From Dehalococcoidia bacterium (GTDB lineage Bacteria > Chloroflexota > Dehalococcoidia > Lucifugimonadales > UBA3495), in NCBI GenBank assembly GCA_963664625.1, contig OY761541.1, positions 2,571,670-2,635,669 on the forward strand: a stretch of 64,000 nt of DNA, written 5' to 3'. Below the pieces are notes generated by a model that ran no database searches, had not been told where the DNA came from, and saw only the letters and a list, made by a program, of their open reading frames with translations. Of this stretch, positions 28,903 through 39,455 are shown in pieces (position 1 is the stretch's first letter; each line of letters starts with the position of its first letter). A program made the translations under genes and the position numbers.

Positions 28903-30933
28903 GTGGTCCCTCCAGGAGACATAGGCCCAATCCCCATTTGGGCAGGCGTCTATTTGGCTTTGCTTGTAGCCTGCGCCATATCGGGTTACGTGCTGTACTG
29001 GCGCGTTTTCCGATTGATTCGCCAAGGCAAGGGTGTAGCACGGTTTGACCGGCCGTGGGAAAGACTCAAAGGGGCAATGATAATTGTCCTTGGTCAACGC
29101 CGGGTGTTGCAGCGAGTACCACAACGAGACTGGGCCGGTATAGGCCACGCGCTGATATTCTGGGGATTTCTCTCCTTTTCTCTCAGCTACCTCATCTTCA
29201 TTTTCATCGGCTCCGTCTGGCGGCCATTCCCCGAGGTACTGCTGACGGAGACCGGTGTAGGCGTTTACAGCGCTTACTTGGATATACTGGCGTCGGTGCT
29301 TCTGGTAGTCTTAGCTTGGGCTTTGGCCCGCCGTTGGATAGCCAAGCCACACCGCTTGAGTTTCGATTTGACCCGCAACTGGGACTCGGTCGTGGTGGTG
29401 GCATTGGTTGCCGCATTGATGGTTTCCACCCTGTTGACTCATGCCTTTTATGTCGCCGGCAGCGGCGAGGGGCCAGAGGCCAAAGTGTTCGTTGGAGGCA
29501 TGATCGGTAACGGCTTCACGGCTTTGGGCCTGACACCTGCTGCTTCCGACATTCTCCAAGCGGTATCCTGGTGGGTGCACCTTGGGATAGTTCTCGGCTT
29601 CATGGTATACATCCCCTTCTCCAAGCACATGCACATGGTGGCGGCCCCCATGAACGCCTTCTTCCGCTCCTTGGAACCGCGGGGTGTGCTGGCGTCCATG
29701 GACTTGGAGAACTCGGAACGGTTCGGCGCGTCTCGCGTCCAGGACTTCACATGGAAGCAGCTTCTGGACGGGTACGCGTGCGCAGTCTGCGGACGGTGCA
29801 CGTCCGTTTGCCCGGCCAACCTGACCGGGAAAGTCCTGTCGCCCATGCACATTGTGGAAAACTTGAAGGACCACATGATTGCCATAGGGCATCAAGGCGT
29901 CCGGGATGCGGAACACGTCGAACCCGCGCCATTGGTCGGCGGCCCCATCTCCGAGCAGGCGATATGGGACTGCTTGTCCTGCGGCGCCTGCATGGAGGAG
30001 TGCCCGGTGGTGGTGGAGCATGTGCCTACGATCATCGACGTGCGGCGACACTTGGTATTGGAGGAGACCAACATCCCCGAAACAGGCATGAACGCATTGC
30101 TCAGCATGGAGCAGCGGGGGCATCCATGGCGCGGCAGCCAGTATACCCGGACCGATTGGGCCCAAGGTCTGGACGTGCCGACGCTAGAGGAAAATCCCGG
30201 GGCTGAAGTGCTCCTCTGGGTGGGGTGCACCGGCGCATTGGAACAGCGGAGCCAAGCGGTCACCAGATCGATGGCCAAGGTGTTAAGGTCCGCAAACGTT
30301 GATTTTGCCATCCTGGGTGATGAGGAGACCTGCACCGGCGACCCTGCCAGGCGGATGGGAAACGAGTATCTTTTCCAGATACTGGCCCAGCAGGCTATAG
30401 AGACGCTGGACCGGTATGGCGTGCAGACCATCGTGACCCTTTGCCCGCATTGCTTCAACACCATGCGAAACGAATACCCGCAGTTCGGCGGCAACTACCG
30501 GGTACTCCATTACAGCCAGTTCGTTGATGGCCTGATCAAGGAAGGCCGAATTAAGCCGGTGAAGATGATGGATGCTACGATGGCCTATCACGATTCGTGC
30601 TACCTGGGGCGTCATAACGGTGTTTATGACGAGCCGCGGAATATAGCCAATGCAATCCCCGGACTCAAGCTGGTGGAGATGGAACCGAGGTGCCGGGAGC
30701 GCGGCTTCTGCTGCGGCGCCGGCGGCGGCCATATGTGGATCGAGGACAGCCAAGGCACGCGGGTAAACCACGCACGGACCGGCCATTTTTTGGAGACCAG
30801 CGCCGACACTGTGGGGGTGTCTTGTCCTTTCTGCCTGCAAATGTTGACAGAGGGTATCCAATCTGCCGGTCAACAGGAAGACAAGCAGGCGAAGGACGTG
30901 CTAGAGATACTGGCGGAAAGCTTGGAAGACTGA
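28903..30933 (+). CDS. Membrane-anchored (Fe-S)-binding oxidoreductase, HdrD/GlpC/DsrK-like
   Basis: N-terminal polytopic His-bearing membrane domain, 4Fe-4S motifs CAVCGRCTSVCP and CLSCGACMEECP, then two CCG-type Cys-rich domains (CPHC..., CCGAGGG, CPFC). Confidence 0.8.
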   Translation: MVPPGDIGPIPIWAGVYLALLVACAISGYVLYWRVFRLIRQGKGVARFDRPWERLKGAMIIVLGQRRVLQRVPQRDWAGIGHALIFWGFLSFSLSYLIFIFIGSVWRPFPEVLLTETGVGVYSAYLDILASVLLVVLAWALARRWIAKPHRLSFDLTRNWDSVVVVALVAALMVSTLLTHAFYVAGSGEGPEAKVFVGGMIGNGFTALGLTPAASDILQAVSWWVHLGIVLGFMVYIPFSKHMHMVAAPMNAFFRSLEPRGVLASMDLENSERFGASRVQDFTWKQLLDGYACAVCGRCTSVCPANLTGKVLSPMHIVENLKDHMIAIGHQGVRDAEHVEPAPLVGGPISEQAIWDCLSCGACMEECPVVVEHVPTIIDVRRHLVLEETNIPETGMNALLSMEQRGHPWRGSQYTRTDWAQGLDVPTLEENPGAEVLLWVGCTGALEQRSQAVTRSMAKVLRSANVDFAILGDEETCTGDPARRMGNEYLFQILAQQAIETLDRYGVQTIVTLCPHCFNTMRNEYPQFGGNYRVLHYSQFVDGLIKEGRIKPVKMMDATMAYHDSCYLGRHNGVYDEPRNIANAIPGLKLVEMEPRCRERGFCCGAGGGHMWIEDSQGTRVNHARTGHFLETSADTVGVSCPFCLQMLTEGIQSAGQQEDKQAKDVLEILAESLED

Positions 30934-30975
30934 CCACGGAATCACAAAGATTGCCAACACTCGACAACGGGGAGT

Positions 30976-31230
30976 GTGTACATGCCTGACAATGATTTGG
31001 TTATCACGCAAAGTTGCGGCGATTGCGGCCACGAGGTGGGGTCTTTCAGCGTTAAGAAAGACAACATGATGCTCATGTCGAAGGAACTGGTCTGGTGCCC
31101 TGAGTGTCAAGCCGACAAGCCGGAAGTCCGGGACTTGGCAGGCCGCAGTTCGGCCATACAAAGGGAGCAACAGAGCTACGCGAAGAATGAGGCTGTCCAG
31201 TCTGAGACCCGTGTTCGAAACCCTACATAA
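30976..31230 (+). CDS. Possible small zinc-ribbon protein
   Basis: 84 aa with CGDCGH...CPECQ pairs. Support is only ORF length and the Cys pairs. Confidence 0.3.
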   Translation: MYMPDNDLVITQSCGDCGHEVGSFSVKKDNMMLMSKELVWCPECQADKPEVRDLAGRSSAIQREQQSYAKNEAVQSETRVRNPT

Positions 31231-31259
31231 CGGACCTCGTCCTTCCGGTTACCGGCAGG

Positions 31260-32159
31260 ATGACCCGTATCAACCTCATCAGCAAGCCTTCCCTGATAGC
31301 GTACGCAAATCCGACGGCATGGACTTTGCCAGTCAAAATCCTCGTTGGCTTTACCCTTTTATGCCTGTTGGCGGTGTTTTTGTTCTGGCCATTAATTGAG
31401 AGGCGGTTTGTATTCTTTCCCACCGCGGAAATCGTCCAGACCCCGGCCGCAGTGGGGTTGGCCTACGAGGAAGTGTTCTTTACCACCAGCGACGGGCTGC
31501 GGTTGCACGGTTGGTTCGTGCCAGGGAGCGGCGACGTTACTTGGGTGTGGTTCCACGGGAACGGCGGGAACATAGGCCACCGGGTCGACGAACTTGCGCT
31601 GTTCCATCACAAGCTGGGCGTTGACCAGTTCATCTTCGATTATCGGGGCTACGGACGCAGCGAAGGGACACCCTCGGAAAAAGGGACATATCAAGACGCC
31701 CGAGCCGCTATGGCGTACCTGCATAGCCGTCCCGGCATAGACGCCGGGAAGATTGTCTACTTCGGGCGGTCTTTGGGAGCGGCGGTAGCGGTTGAGTTGG
31801 CCGGGAGCCATCCGCCATCGGGCCTGGTCCTGGTTGCTGCCTTCTCGTCGATGGAAGACATGGCCCGGTTAACGTTCCCCTTCCTGCCGGTGCATTTCCT
31901 GGTGAAGGGCCATTACGACTCCTTGAGCCGCATCCGGCAGGTCCATAGCCCCCTCTTGGTCATGCACGGTGATTTGGACGACACCGTGCCGCTTGTCCAA
32001 GGCGAAAAGCTGTTCAACTCGGCCAATGTTCCCAAGCGGTTTCACCTGCTCACTGGCGCGGGTCACAACGACACCTACCTGGCCGGGCAGGGCTATTGGG
32101 AAGTGCTGGATGAATTCCTGGCCGCCTTGTCCGCTGCCGGGTCAAGCGGCGACCACTAG
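31260..32159 (+). CDS. Alpha/beta hydrolase (N-terminal TM anchor)
   Basis: Nucleophile elbow GRSLGAAVA, HGNGGN oxyanion region, C-terminal GAGHND. Confidence 0.8.
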   Translation: MTRINLISKPSLIAYANPTAWTLPVKILVGFTLLCLLAVFLFWPLIERRFVFFPTAEIVQTPAAVGLAYEEVFFTTSDGLRLHGWFVPGSGDVTWVWFHGNGGNIGHRVDELALFHHKLGVDQFIFDYRGYGRSEGTPSEKGTYQDARAAMAYLHSRPGIDAGKIVYFGRSLGAAVAVELAGSHPPSGLVLVAAFSSMEDMARLTFPFLPVHFLVKGHYDSLSRIRQVHSPLLVMHGDLDDTVPLVQGEKLFNSANVPKRFHLLTGAGHNDTYLAGQGYWEVLDEFLAALSAAGSSGDH

Positions 32160-32232
32160 AAAACCGCCCCGGATGTCGTCCAGAGCGGTTTCTTGTAAGG
32201 TTGCCGGTTAGTCCTTTGGAGTTTGCGAGTGC

Positions 32233-32427
32233 TTAAAGCTGTTCGGCGTAGTCCAGGTTGTGCAAATACTTATTGCCTTCAAACTCGCCTTCAACGATAA
32301 CTACCTCGTGGACATTGACCTCGTGGGACTCCACGTTGAGTGAAACTCCGGTCGTCTCAACCGTTAATCCCGAGCGGGTCTTGAACCGCAATCCAGCTTC
32401 CACACTGGTCATTTCCGCATAAGCCAA
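32233..32427 (-). CDS. Small hypothetical protein (64 aa)
   Basis: TTG start 8 nt after GGAGG. No recognisable motif. Confidence 0.3.
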   Translation of the reverse strand: MAYAEMTSVEAGLRFKTRSGLTVETTGVSLNVESHEVNVHEVVIVEGEFEGNKYLHNLDYAEQL

Positions 32428-32667
32428 TTTCCTTTCCTCCGTTTCAGGACCATTGTCCTGTGTAATTTTGATTAACGAAATTTTACTGTCGTGCTGACAC
32501 GCTTGAAGCTAACTGGAATCCCGGATACGCAGCCTACAAGCGATTGCATCCAGAGTACCCTCCAGCGTCAGCAGTCTACAAATCGAGCTTTATAACGTCA
32601 AGCCTTCTATTGTCCAGTGTTCGCTTCAGTTACACGGAATGAGGTCCAACATTCGTCACGCGAGCGG

Positions 32668-32967
32668 TTAAAAGCCTGACATAATCTCTATTTCGTAGTC
32701 CAAAAGCTCCAAGTCGTCGCGGCTCTGCTCCAAGAATTCCACCACTTTGGAGAGAACTTGATTCGCGTGACGAGAGTCATTGCTGAGGCAACATACGGCA
32801 AGAGTCAAGTGCTGCCATAGCTCGTTGTTCTCGGACTCCGCCACGGCTACGTTGAACTTGTTGCGAATCCTCGCCGTGACGGACCGGCTGACTTGGCGTT
32901 TGCCTTTCAAGCTATGGTTGTCATGCAGGTGGATCTCCAGACGGCAGAACCCAATGTGTAAACTCAT
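32668..32967 (-). CDS. DUF503 (YlxP-like) protein
   Basis: 99 aa. LEIHLHDNHSLKGKRQVSRSVTARIRNKFNVAVAE matches the DUF503 pattern. Confidence 0.75.
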   Translation of the reverse strand: MSLHIGFCRLEIHLHDNHSLKGKRQVSRSVTARIRNKFNVAVAESENNELWQHLTLAVCCLSNDSRHANQVLSKVVEFLEQSRDDLELLDYEIEIMSGF

Positions 32968-32980
32968 ACTCTCGACTTTT

Positions 32981-33027
32981 ACCGCTGATTATCTTGATTT
33001 ATCAGATAAATCAAGATAATCAGCGGT
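32981..33027. repeat. Perfect 47-bp AT-rich palindrome (23-bp arms, 1-nt centre)
   Basis: ACCGCTGATTATCTTGATTTATC-A-GATAAATCAAGATAATCAGCGGT, checked base by base. It lies 14 nt upstream of the DUF503 ATG. A related element is at 53490-53576. Confidence 0.95.
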
Positions 33028-33169
33028 CCATGATAATCAAAGGTCGGTTTTCTTGACGCAACGTAAACAAACATTATAGATTATGGCATGGACTAACCTC
33101 ATTTGGAGCGTCTCTGACGCGGAAACCAACCCATACTACCGGGCAAGGCTTGCCCCCCGCCTGGCCCCA

Positions 33170-33200
33170 GGTTCCCGCCTGCGCGGGAAAGACAGAGTGG
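33170..33200 (+). repeat. REP-like hairpin repeat copy (TTCCCGC-N4-GCGGGAA + purine-rich tail)
   Basis: GGTTCCCGCCTGCGCGGGAAAGACAGAG. Confidence 0.85.
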
Positions 33201-33205
33201 GGCGC

Positions 33206-33240
33206 GGGATGCCCGCCTACGCGGGCATGACGGGAAGTGG
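33206..33240 (+). repeat. REP-like hairpin repeat copy (variant stem)
   Basis: GGGATGCCCGCCTACGCGGGCATGACGGGAAGTGG. Confidence 0.85.
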
Positions 33241-33299
33241 GGGTTTCCACGCCGGCACACCCTCTGTTGACGGCGTCGTCGGGACGAACAGGCACGATT

Positions 33300-33959
33300 A
33301 TGGCGGCCGATTCCCCTATCCGCCACCAGCGGCGCGAAGAAGCGCCTGAAGTGGTGGTTGCGAGACTACCCCAGTACGTTCGCGTACTGACTCGCCTGCT
33401 TCAGGACGGAGCAGAGGTAGTCAGCTCGCAGCAACTGGGAGAGACGCTCCAAGTTACTCCGGCCCAGATCAGGAAAGATTTAAGCTACTTCGGCCGGTTC
33501 GGGAAGCAGGGCCGCGGTTACAGCGTCCTTCACTTGCTGGAACGCTTGAAACAAATCCTGGGTCTCAACGATTCCTGGAATGTAGCCGTCGTGGGCGTAG
33601 GGCGATTGGGCAGGGCGATATTGAGTTATCCGGGGTTTACCCCGGACGGGTTCCAGCTTGTTGCCGCGTTCGACGACGACCCCAGCGTGATTGGACAAGC
33701 AATCGCCGGGCTTACGGTCGAGCATACCGATATGATGGCCGCCGAGGTGGAAGCCAAGGACATCAGCATAGCTATAGTCGCCGTGCCAACCGAGCACACT
33801 CAAGAGGTTGTGGACCGGTTGGTAGAGTGCGGAATACGGGCGGTGCTGAATTATGCTCCCATCACCCCTCAAGTGAAGGACGGGGTGATGGTCCGAAACA
33901 TCGACCCTGTACTGTCGTTGCAGTCGATGACTTACTATCTAGCTAGTGGTCAGTGCTGA
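33300..33959 (+). CDS. rex: Redox-sensing transcriptional repressor Rex
   Basis: Start at the internal ATG (MAADSPI...). RLPQYVRVL...ISSQQLGE-type wHTH, RKDLSYFGRFGKQGRGY, Rossmann motif VAVVGVGRLGRAI. Confidence 0.9.
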   Translation: MAADSPIRHQRREEAPEVVVARLPQYVRVLTRLLQDGAEVVSSQQLGETLQVTPAQIRKDLSYFGRFGKQGRGYSVLHLLERLKQILGLNDSWNVAVVGVGRLGRAILSYPGFTPDGFQLVAAFDDDPSVIGQAIAGLTVEHTDMMAAEVEAKDISIAIVAVPTEHTQEVVDRLVECGIRAVLNYAPITPQVKDGVMVRNIDPVLSLQSMTYYLASGQC

Positions 33960-33977
33960 GTGGTTAGTGACTAGCCA

Positions 33978-34418
33978 CTATTCACTGGTCACTGGCGGCT
34001 GGCCGCCGCCCCTTGACCTGCGCCTGCGGGCCACAGTCAGCCGTACTTGGGCCCGACGCAGCGACGCCATTGCCTGCTCCAATTGAACATCGCCTTCCCG
34101 GCTGTTTATCCGCTCCCTGGCGCGTTCAATGGCCTCTTGTGCCCGCTGCTCGTCGATTTCGTCGGACCGCTCACAGGCGTCGGCCAGGATGGTGACACGG
34201 TTTCCCATGACCTCCATAAACCCGCCGGATACCGCCAGGAACGAATCGTCGCCGTCTTTGCGGATGAGGATTTCCCCCGGCTGCAACGCGGTCATTAACG
34301 GGGCATGGTGAGGCAGGATGCCCAATTGCCCCTCTAGGCCGGGAGCGACCACCATGTCCACTGCATCGCTATAGACCTGCTGCTCGGCAGTAATTATTTC
34401 AAGCTCCATTGGGGGCAT
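33978..34418 (-). CDS. atpC: ATP synthase F1 epsilon subunit
   Basis: LEIITAEQQVYSDAVDMVVAPGLEGQLGILPHHAPLMTAL is a typical epsilon N-terminal beta-sandwich. Last gene of the atp operon. Confidence 0.9.
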   Translation of the reverse strand: MPPMELEIITAEQQVYSDAVDMVVAPGLEGQLGILPHHAPLMTALQPGEILIRKDGDDSFLAVSGGFMEVMGNRVTILADACERSDEIDEQRAQEAIERARERINSREGDVQLEQAMASLRRAQVRLTVARRRRSRGGGQPPVTSE

Positions 34419-34457
34419 GAATGTTCCTCCAAGGTAACCACAAGGCCTGTCCTCGGC

Positions 34458-34492
34458 GGGATTCCCGCCTACGCGGGAATGACGGGAAGGAG
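34458..34492 (+). repeat. REP-like hairpin repeat copy
   Basis: GGGATTCCCGCCTACGCGGGAATGACGGGAAGGAGG, in the atpD-atpC spacer. Confidence 0.9.
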
Positions 34493-34561
34493 GTTACCCC
34501 TACAGTGTAGGGGCAGGTCTTGTACCTGCCCTATGTCAGGCGCCTACGAGTCCGATGCAGG

Positions 34562-35971
<1,410 letters not shown>

Positions 35972-35982
35972 TTACCCCCGTC

Positions 35983-36055
35983 GGGTTTCCCGCCCTGCCC
36001 TCGGCCCCCGCCTTCACGGGGGAGACGATGGGTGTGCGGGAAAGACGGGAAGGGG
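35983..36055 (+). repeat. Nested REP-like element (one hairpin inserted in the loop of another)
   Basis: GGTTTCCCGC-[CCTGCCCTCGG CCCCCG CCTTCA CGGGGG AGACGATGGGTGT]-GCGGGAAAGACGGGAAGGGG. Confidence 0.8.
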
Positions 36056-36056
36056 C

Positions 36057-36431
36057 TTAAGCTCGCAGTCGAAGGGCTCGAGGGTCTACGGTGACAGACT
36101 CTTGGTCAAGGTCAAGACTTATCTTCCAGCGTTGCATCATGTCCGCGCCGATAATCATCTCCTCGGCCAAGTCTGGGGCAATGAGGAAGGTATAAAAGAT
36201 CGGAGCGTCACCGATTGCAAAATCTAAATTGATAGTCTGGTCAACTGTCAAAGCAACTGTACCATCGGCTAGTGTGAATCTCTGTGGTTGGGGAAGGGCT
36301 GCGGGCGTCCCAATACGTTCCGCGATGTCCTGCCTCAAGAACGAGGCCCCGGCGCCCGTATCGAACAGAGCATTTACAGTCGCCTTGCTCCGTTCCCCTG
36401 ATATTTCGTAACTCTTGTAAATGAGACCCAT
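36057..36431 (-). CDS. Retropepsin-like (clan AA) aspartic protease
   Basis: 124 aa. ALFDTGAGASFL contains the DTG active-site triplet, with IIGADMM later. It sits between atpG and atpD. Confidence 0.7.
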   Translation of the reverse strand: MGLIYKSYEISGERSKATVNALFDTGAGASFLRQDIAERIGTPAALPQPQRFTLADGTVALTVDQTINLDFAIGDAPIFYTFLIAPDLAEEMIIGADMMQRWKISLDLDQESVTVDPRALRLRA

Positions 36432-36437
36432 ACCGCA

Positions 36438-37301
36438 CTAACCTTCCAGCGCAATCTGGCCGCCGATGAGGTCCAGCAACTCGTTGGTAATGCTGTCCTG
36501 CCGCAGCTTGTTCATAACGACGGTGAGGTCGCTTACCAGTTCACTGGCGTTGTCGGTGGCGTTGCGCATGGCGACCATCCGCGCCGATTGTTCGCTGGCG
36601 ATGGACTCCAACAGGCTGTGGTATACCTCCATTTCCACGAAACGGGGCAACAGGCTGTCGAGCACCGCCAAGCTGTCGGGTTCGTAGATGTATCCGACAC
36701 GCTCCGCTCCGGTCAACTCCGCGGGAGTTACCGGCAGCAACCGCTCGATAACCGGACGTTGGGAAACGGTCGAGACGAATCTGGTGTAAGCCAGGTACAC
36801 CTCGTCCACCTCTTCCTCGATATAGGAATCGATTACCATCCTGGAAATGGCGATGGTGTCGGCGAGTACGGGGCGCTCCGATATTTCGGTAAAGACGGCT
36901 TTGACGTTCTGCCCTGACCGAATCATAAAGTCACGGGCCTTTCGCCCCACGATTATGGAGGTTACCGGCGAGACACATTCCTGGATGAACCCGCCTACGG
37001 CACGGTTCAGGTTTGAGTGCATACCGCCGCAGAGCCCCCGGTCAGGGCTGATGATCAATATCCCGATGCGTTGCACCGGGCGCACTCGGAGCAGGGGGTG
37101 TGCTTGGGCCCCGTCCTCGCTTGGCTGTGCCGCGAGGTGAGTGATGACCTCCTGGATTTTCTCTGCGAAGGGGCGGCCCTGGGTCACCGACATTTGAGCG
37201 CGCCGCATTTTCGACGCGGCAATCAACGACATGGCGTTGGTCACTTTGCCGGTGTTCTCCACGCTGCGGATACGGCGGCGCATGTCTCTTACACTGGGCA
37301 T
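36438..37301 (-). CDS. atpG: ATP synthase F1 gamma subunit
   Basis: Start at the internal ATG (MPSVRDMRRRIRSVENTGKVTNAMSLIAASKMRRAQ); the track ORF extends upstream spuriously. Confidence 0.93.
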   Translation of the reverse strand: MPSVRDMRRRIRSVENTGKVTNAMSLIAASKMRRAQMSVTQGRPFAEKIQEVITHLAAQPSEDGAQAHPLLRVRPVQRIGILIISPDRGLCGGMHSNLNRAVGGFIQECVSPVTSIIVGRKARDFMIRSGQNVKAVFTEISERPVLADTIAISRMVIDSYIEEEVDEVYLAYTRFVSTVSQRPVIERLLPVTPAELTGAERVGYIYEPDSLAVLDSLLPRFVEMEVYHSLLESIASEQSARMVAMRNATDNASELVSDLTVVMNKLRQDSITNELLDLIGGQIALEG

Positions 37302-37366
37302 TTTACGCTTCCCTGAACAACCGGTTGCAAGACTTGCCGGGGTTGGTTGCGCAGTCCCTTTCCACG

Positions 37367-38878
37367 CTAAACGTTGAAACCGCCCTTGAACTGGTTTATT
37401 GCGGCGGTCAGGGCCGTCTCCGTCTCGGGAGTCAAGTCCCGGGTCTCGGCAATGCTGTGTTGAATCTCCGGGTGAGTGGAGGAAATAAACCGGAGCAACT
37501 GGTCCTGGAAGTCTCCGCAACGATTGAGAGGGATGTCCTCGGCGAGTCCCTCGTTGACCGCGAACAGGATGATTACCTCTTCTTCCAAGGAGAGGGGGTT
37601 GGAGTGGGGTTGTTTCAGCATCTCCGTAGCAAGCTGCCCGCGGGTCAACTGGGCCCTCGTGGCGGCGTCCAGGTCGGCGGTCCCGAATTGAGCGAAGGTC
37701 GCCAACTCCCGGTACTGGGCCAAGTCCAGCCGCAAGCGTCCCGCCACACGGCGAATAGCCCGGGACTGGGCGGCGCCGCCGACGCGGGAGACGGACAGAC
37801 CAACGTTGACCGCCGGGCGTATGCCGGCGTTGAACAACTCGGTTTCGAGGTATATCTGTCCGTCGGTGATGGAGATCACGTTGGTTGGGATATAGGCGGA
37901 AACGTCGCCGGCTTGGGTCTCAATAATGGGCAGGGCCGTAATAGACCCTCCGCCCAACTCCTGGCTCAACCGGGCGGACCGCTCCAGCAACCTGCTGTGC
38001 AAGTAGAAAATGTCGCCGGGATAGGCTTCACGGCCTGCGGGACGGCGAAGCAACAAGGACATCTGACGGTAGGCCCAAGCGTGCTTGGTAAGGTCGTCGT
38101 AAATGATCAGGACGTCTTTGCCCTGCTCCATAAACTCCTCGGCCATGGAGCAGCCGGCGTATGGAGCCATGTATTGCAGGGGCGCTGAGTCTGACGCGCC
38201 AGCGTTTACGATGATGGTGTGGTCCATCGCGTTGTTCTGTTCGAGGGTCGTTACTACTTGGGCTACTTTGCCCTGCTTCTGACCGATTGCGACGTAGATG
38301 CAGATAAGGTCGCCGCCGCGCTGGTTGATGATGGAGTCCAGCGCAATGGCCGTCTTGCCGGTGGAACGGTCGCCAATGATCAGCTCCCTTTGCCCCCGGC
38401 CTATGGGGATCATTGCGTCGACGGCCTTGATGCCGGTCTGCACTGGGGTATCCACCGATTGGCGCACCACCACGTTAGGGGCGACCCGCTCAACCGGGCG
38501 TGTGACGGTCGTATTGACCGGCCCTTTGCCGTCCAACGGACGCCCCACGGGATCAACCACGCGGCCAATAAGGGCGTCTCCCACCGGCACCTCAATGATT
38601 CTCCCGGTGGAACGTACCCGGTCTCCTTCTTTGATCGCGTTCGGGTCGCCTAGGATGGCCGCGCCCACCAAATCGGCCTCGAGGTTCAAGGCCAGCCCCA
38701 GAATGTCGTTGCCGAAGTCCAGCAACTCGTTGGATCGGACGCCTTGAAGACCTTGTATGCTGGCGATGCCGTCGCCAACCTGGACTACGGTCCCCACGTC
38801 GACCAAGGTCAAGTCGCCGGCGAACTCTTCGATCTGGCGCCTGATCAAAGAAACGATTTCTTGTCCTCTAATGGCCAT
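37367..38878 (-). CDS. atpA: ATP synthase F1 alpha subunit
   Basis: Start at the internal ATG ([19 protein letters not shown]). GDRSTGKTA Walker A. Confidence 0.97.
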   Translation of the reverse strand: MAIRGQEIVSLIRRQIEEFAGDLTLVDVGTVVQVGDGIASIQGLQGVRSNELLDFGNDILGLALNLEADLVGAAILGDPNAIKEGDRVRSTGRIIEVPVGDALIGRVVDPVGRPLDGKGPVNTTVTRPVERVAPNVVVRQSVDTPVQTGIKAVDAMIPIGRGQRELIIGDRSTGKTAIALDSIINQRGGDLICIYVAIGQKQGKVAQVVTTLEQNNAMDHTIIVNAGASDSAPLQYMAPYAGCSMAEEFMEQGKDVLIIYDDLTKHAWAYRQMSLLLRRPAGREAYPGDIFYLHSRLLERSARLSQELGGGSITALPIIETQAGDVSAYIPTNVISITDGQIYLETELFNAGIRPAVNVGLSVSRVGGAAQSRAIRRVAGRLRLDLAQYRELATFAQFGTADLDAATRAQLTRGQLATEMLKQPHSNPLSLEEEVIILFAVNEGLAEDIPLNRCGDFQDQLLRFISSTHPEIQHSIAETRDLTPETETALTAAINQFKGGFNV

Positions 38879-38900
38879 TGGCTGCTCCCTTGCGCCCGGT

Positions 38901-39452
38901 TCACGACCGGGGCACGATGATCTCCGAGTGCATTCGATTACGCAACGCTTCCAGTTGAGACCGTGTGCTGCCGTCAAGCAGTTGGTCGCCGACCTGAATT
39001 ACGATCCCGCCCATGATGGACTCGTCCACCTCGGTCGAGACAACCACCTCTTTGCCGGTCAGCGCAGCCGCGAATTGGGCAACACGCGTTGATTCAGCAT
39101 CACTCAAGGGTACGGCCGTTGTGACACGGACCCGTTGCCGCCCGTGGTGCTGGTCCAGGAGAGCGTTGTAAGCGTCTTCCAAGTCAGAGGCCGCATCCAC
39201 CAGTCCCTTGGTGACCATCAGATTGACCAGGTTCTGCATCAGGGGATGAATCTCACTCAACACTACCCCGATTGACCTGGTCTTCTCTTCAAGCGGGACC
39301 TCGGCGTGGTTCAGGAAGGCGCGAAATTCCGGGTCCTGCAAGACCTGGCTGGCCAGTTGCAGGTCTACGGCCCACTGGTCCACTTGCCCATGTTCCAAGG
39401 CCAACTGGAATATAGCTTGGGCGTATTGTTTGCCCGAAACGCGTCTGGGCAT
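38901..39452 (-). CDS. atpH: ATP synthase F1 delta (OSCP) subunit
   Basis: 183 aa. [18 protein letters not shown] is an OSCP-type N-terminus. Position is between atpF and atpA. Confidence 0.85.
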   Translation of the reverse strand: MPRRVSGKQYAQAIFQLALEHGQVDQWAVDLQLASQVLQDPEFRAFLNHAEVPLEEKTRSIGVVLSEIHPLMQNLVNLMVTKGLVDAASDLEDAYNALLDQHHGRQRVRVTTAVPLSDAESTRVAQFAAALTGKEVVVSTEVDESIMGGIVIQVGDQLLDGSTRSQLEALRNRMHSEIIVPRS

Positions 39453-39455
39453 CGC

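Noticed and set aside
28762-29148. 128-aa minus-strand ORF overlapping the start of the Fe-S oxidoreductase gene
   Set aside because: It overlaps a well-supported membrane/Fe-S protein gene and the antitoxin region, and has no motifs.
37302-37520. Long N-terminal extensions of atpG, atpA (38879-38977), trpB (60026-60151), trpC (61650-62039), rex (33237-33299) and btpA (16377-16595) in the ORF track
   Set aside because: The extensions run through intergenic repeats or upstream genes and lack homology-like sequence. Internal ATGs give canonical N-termini, several with good RBSs.
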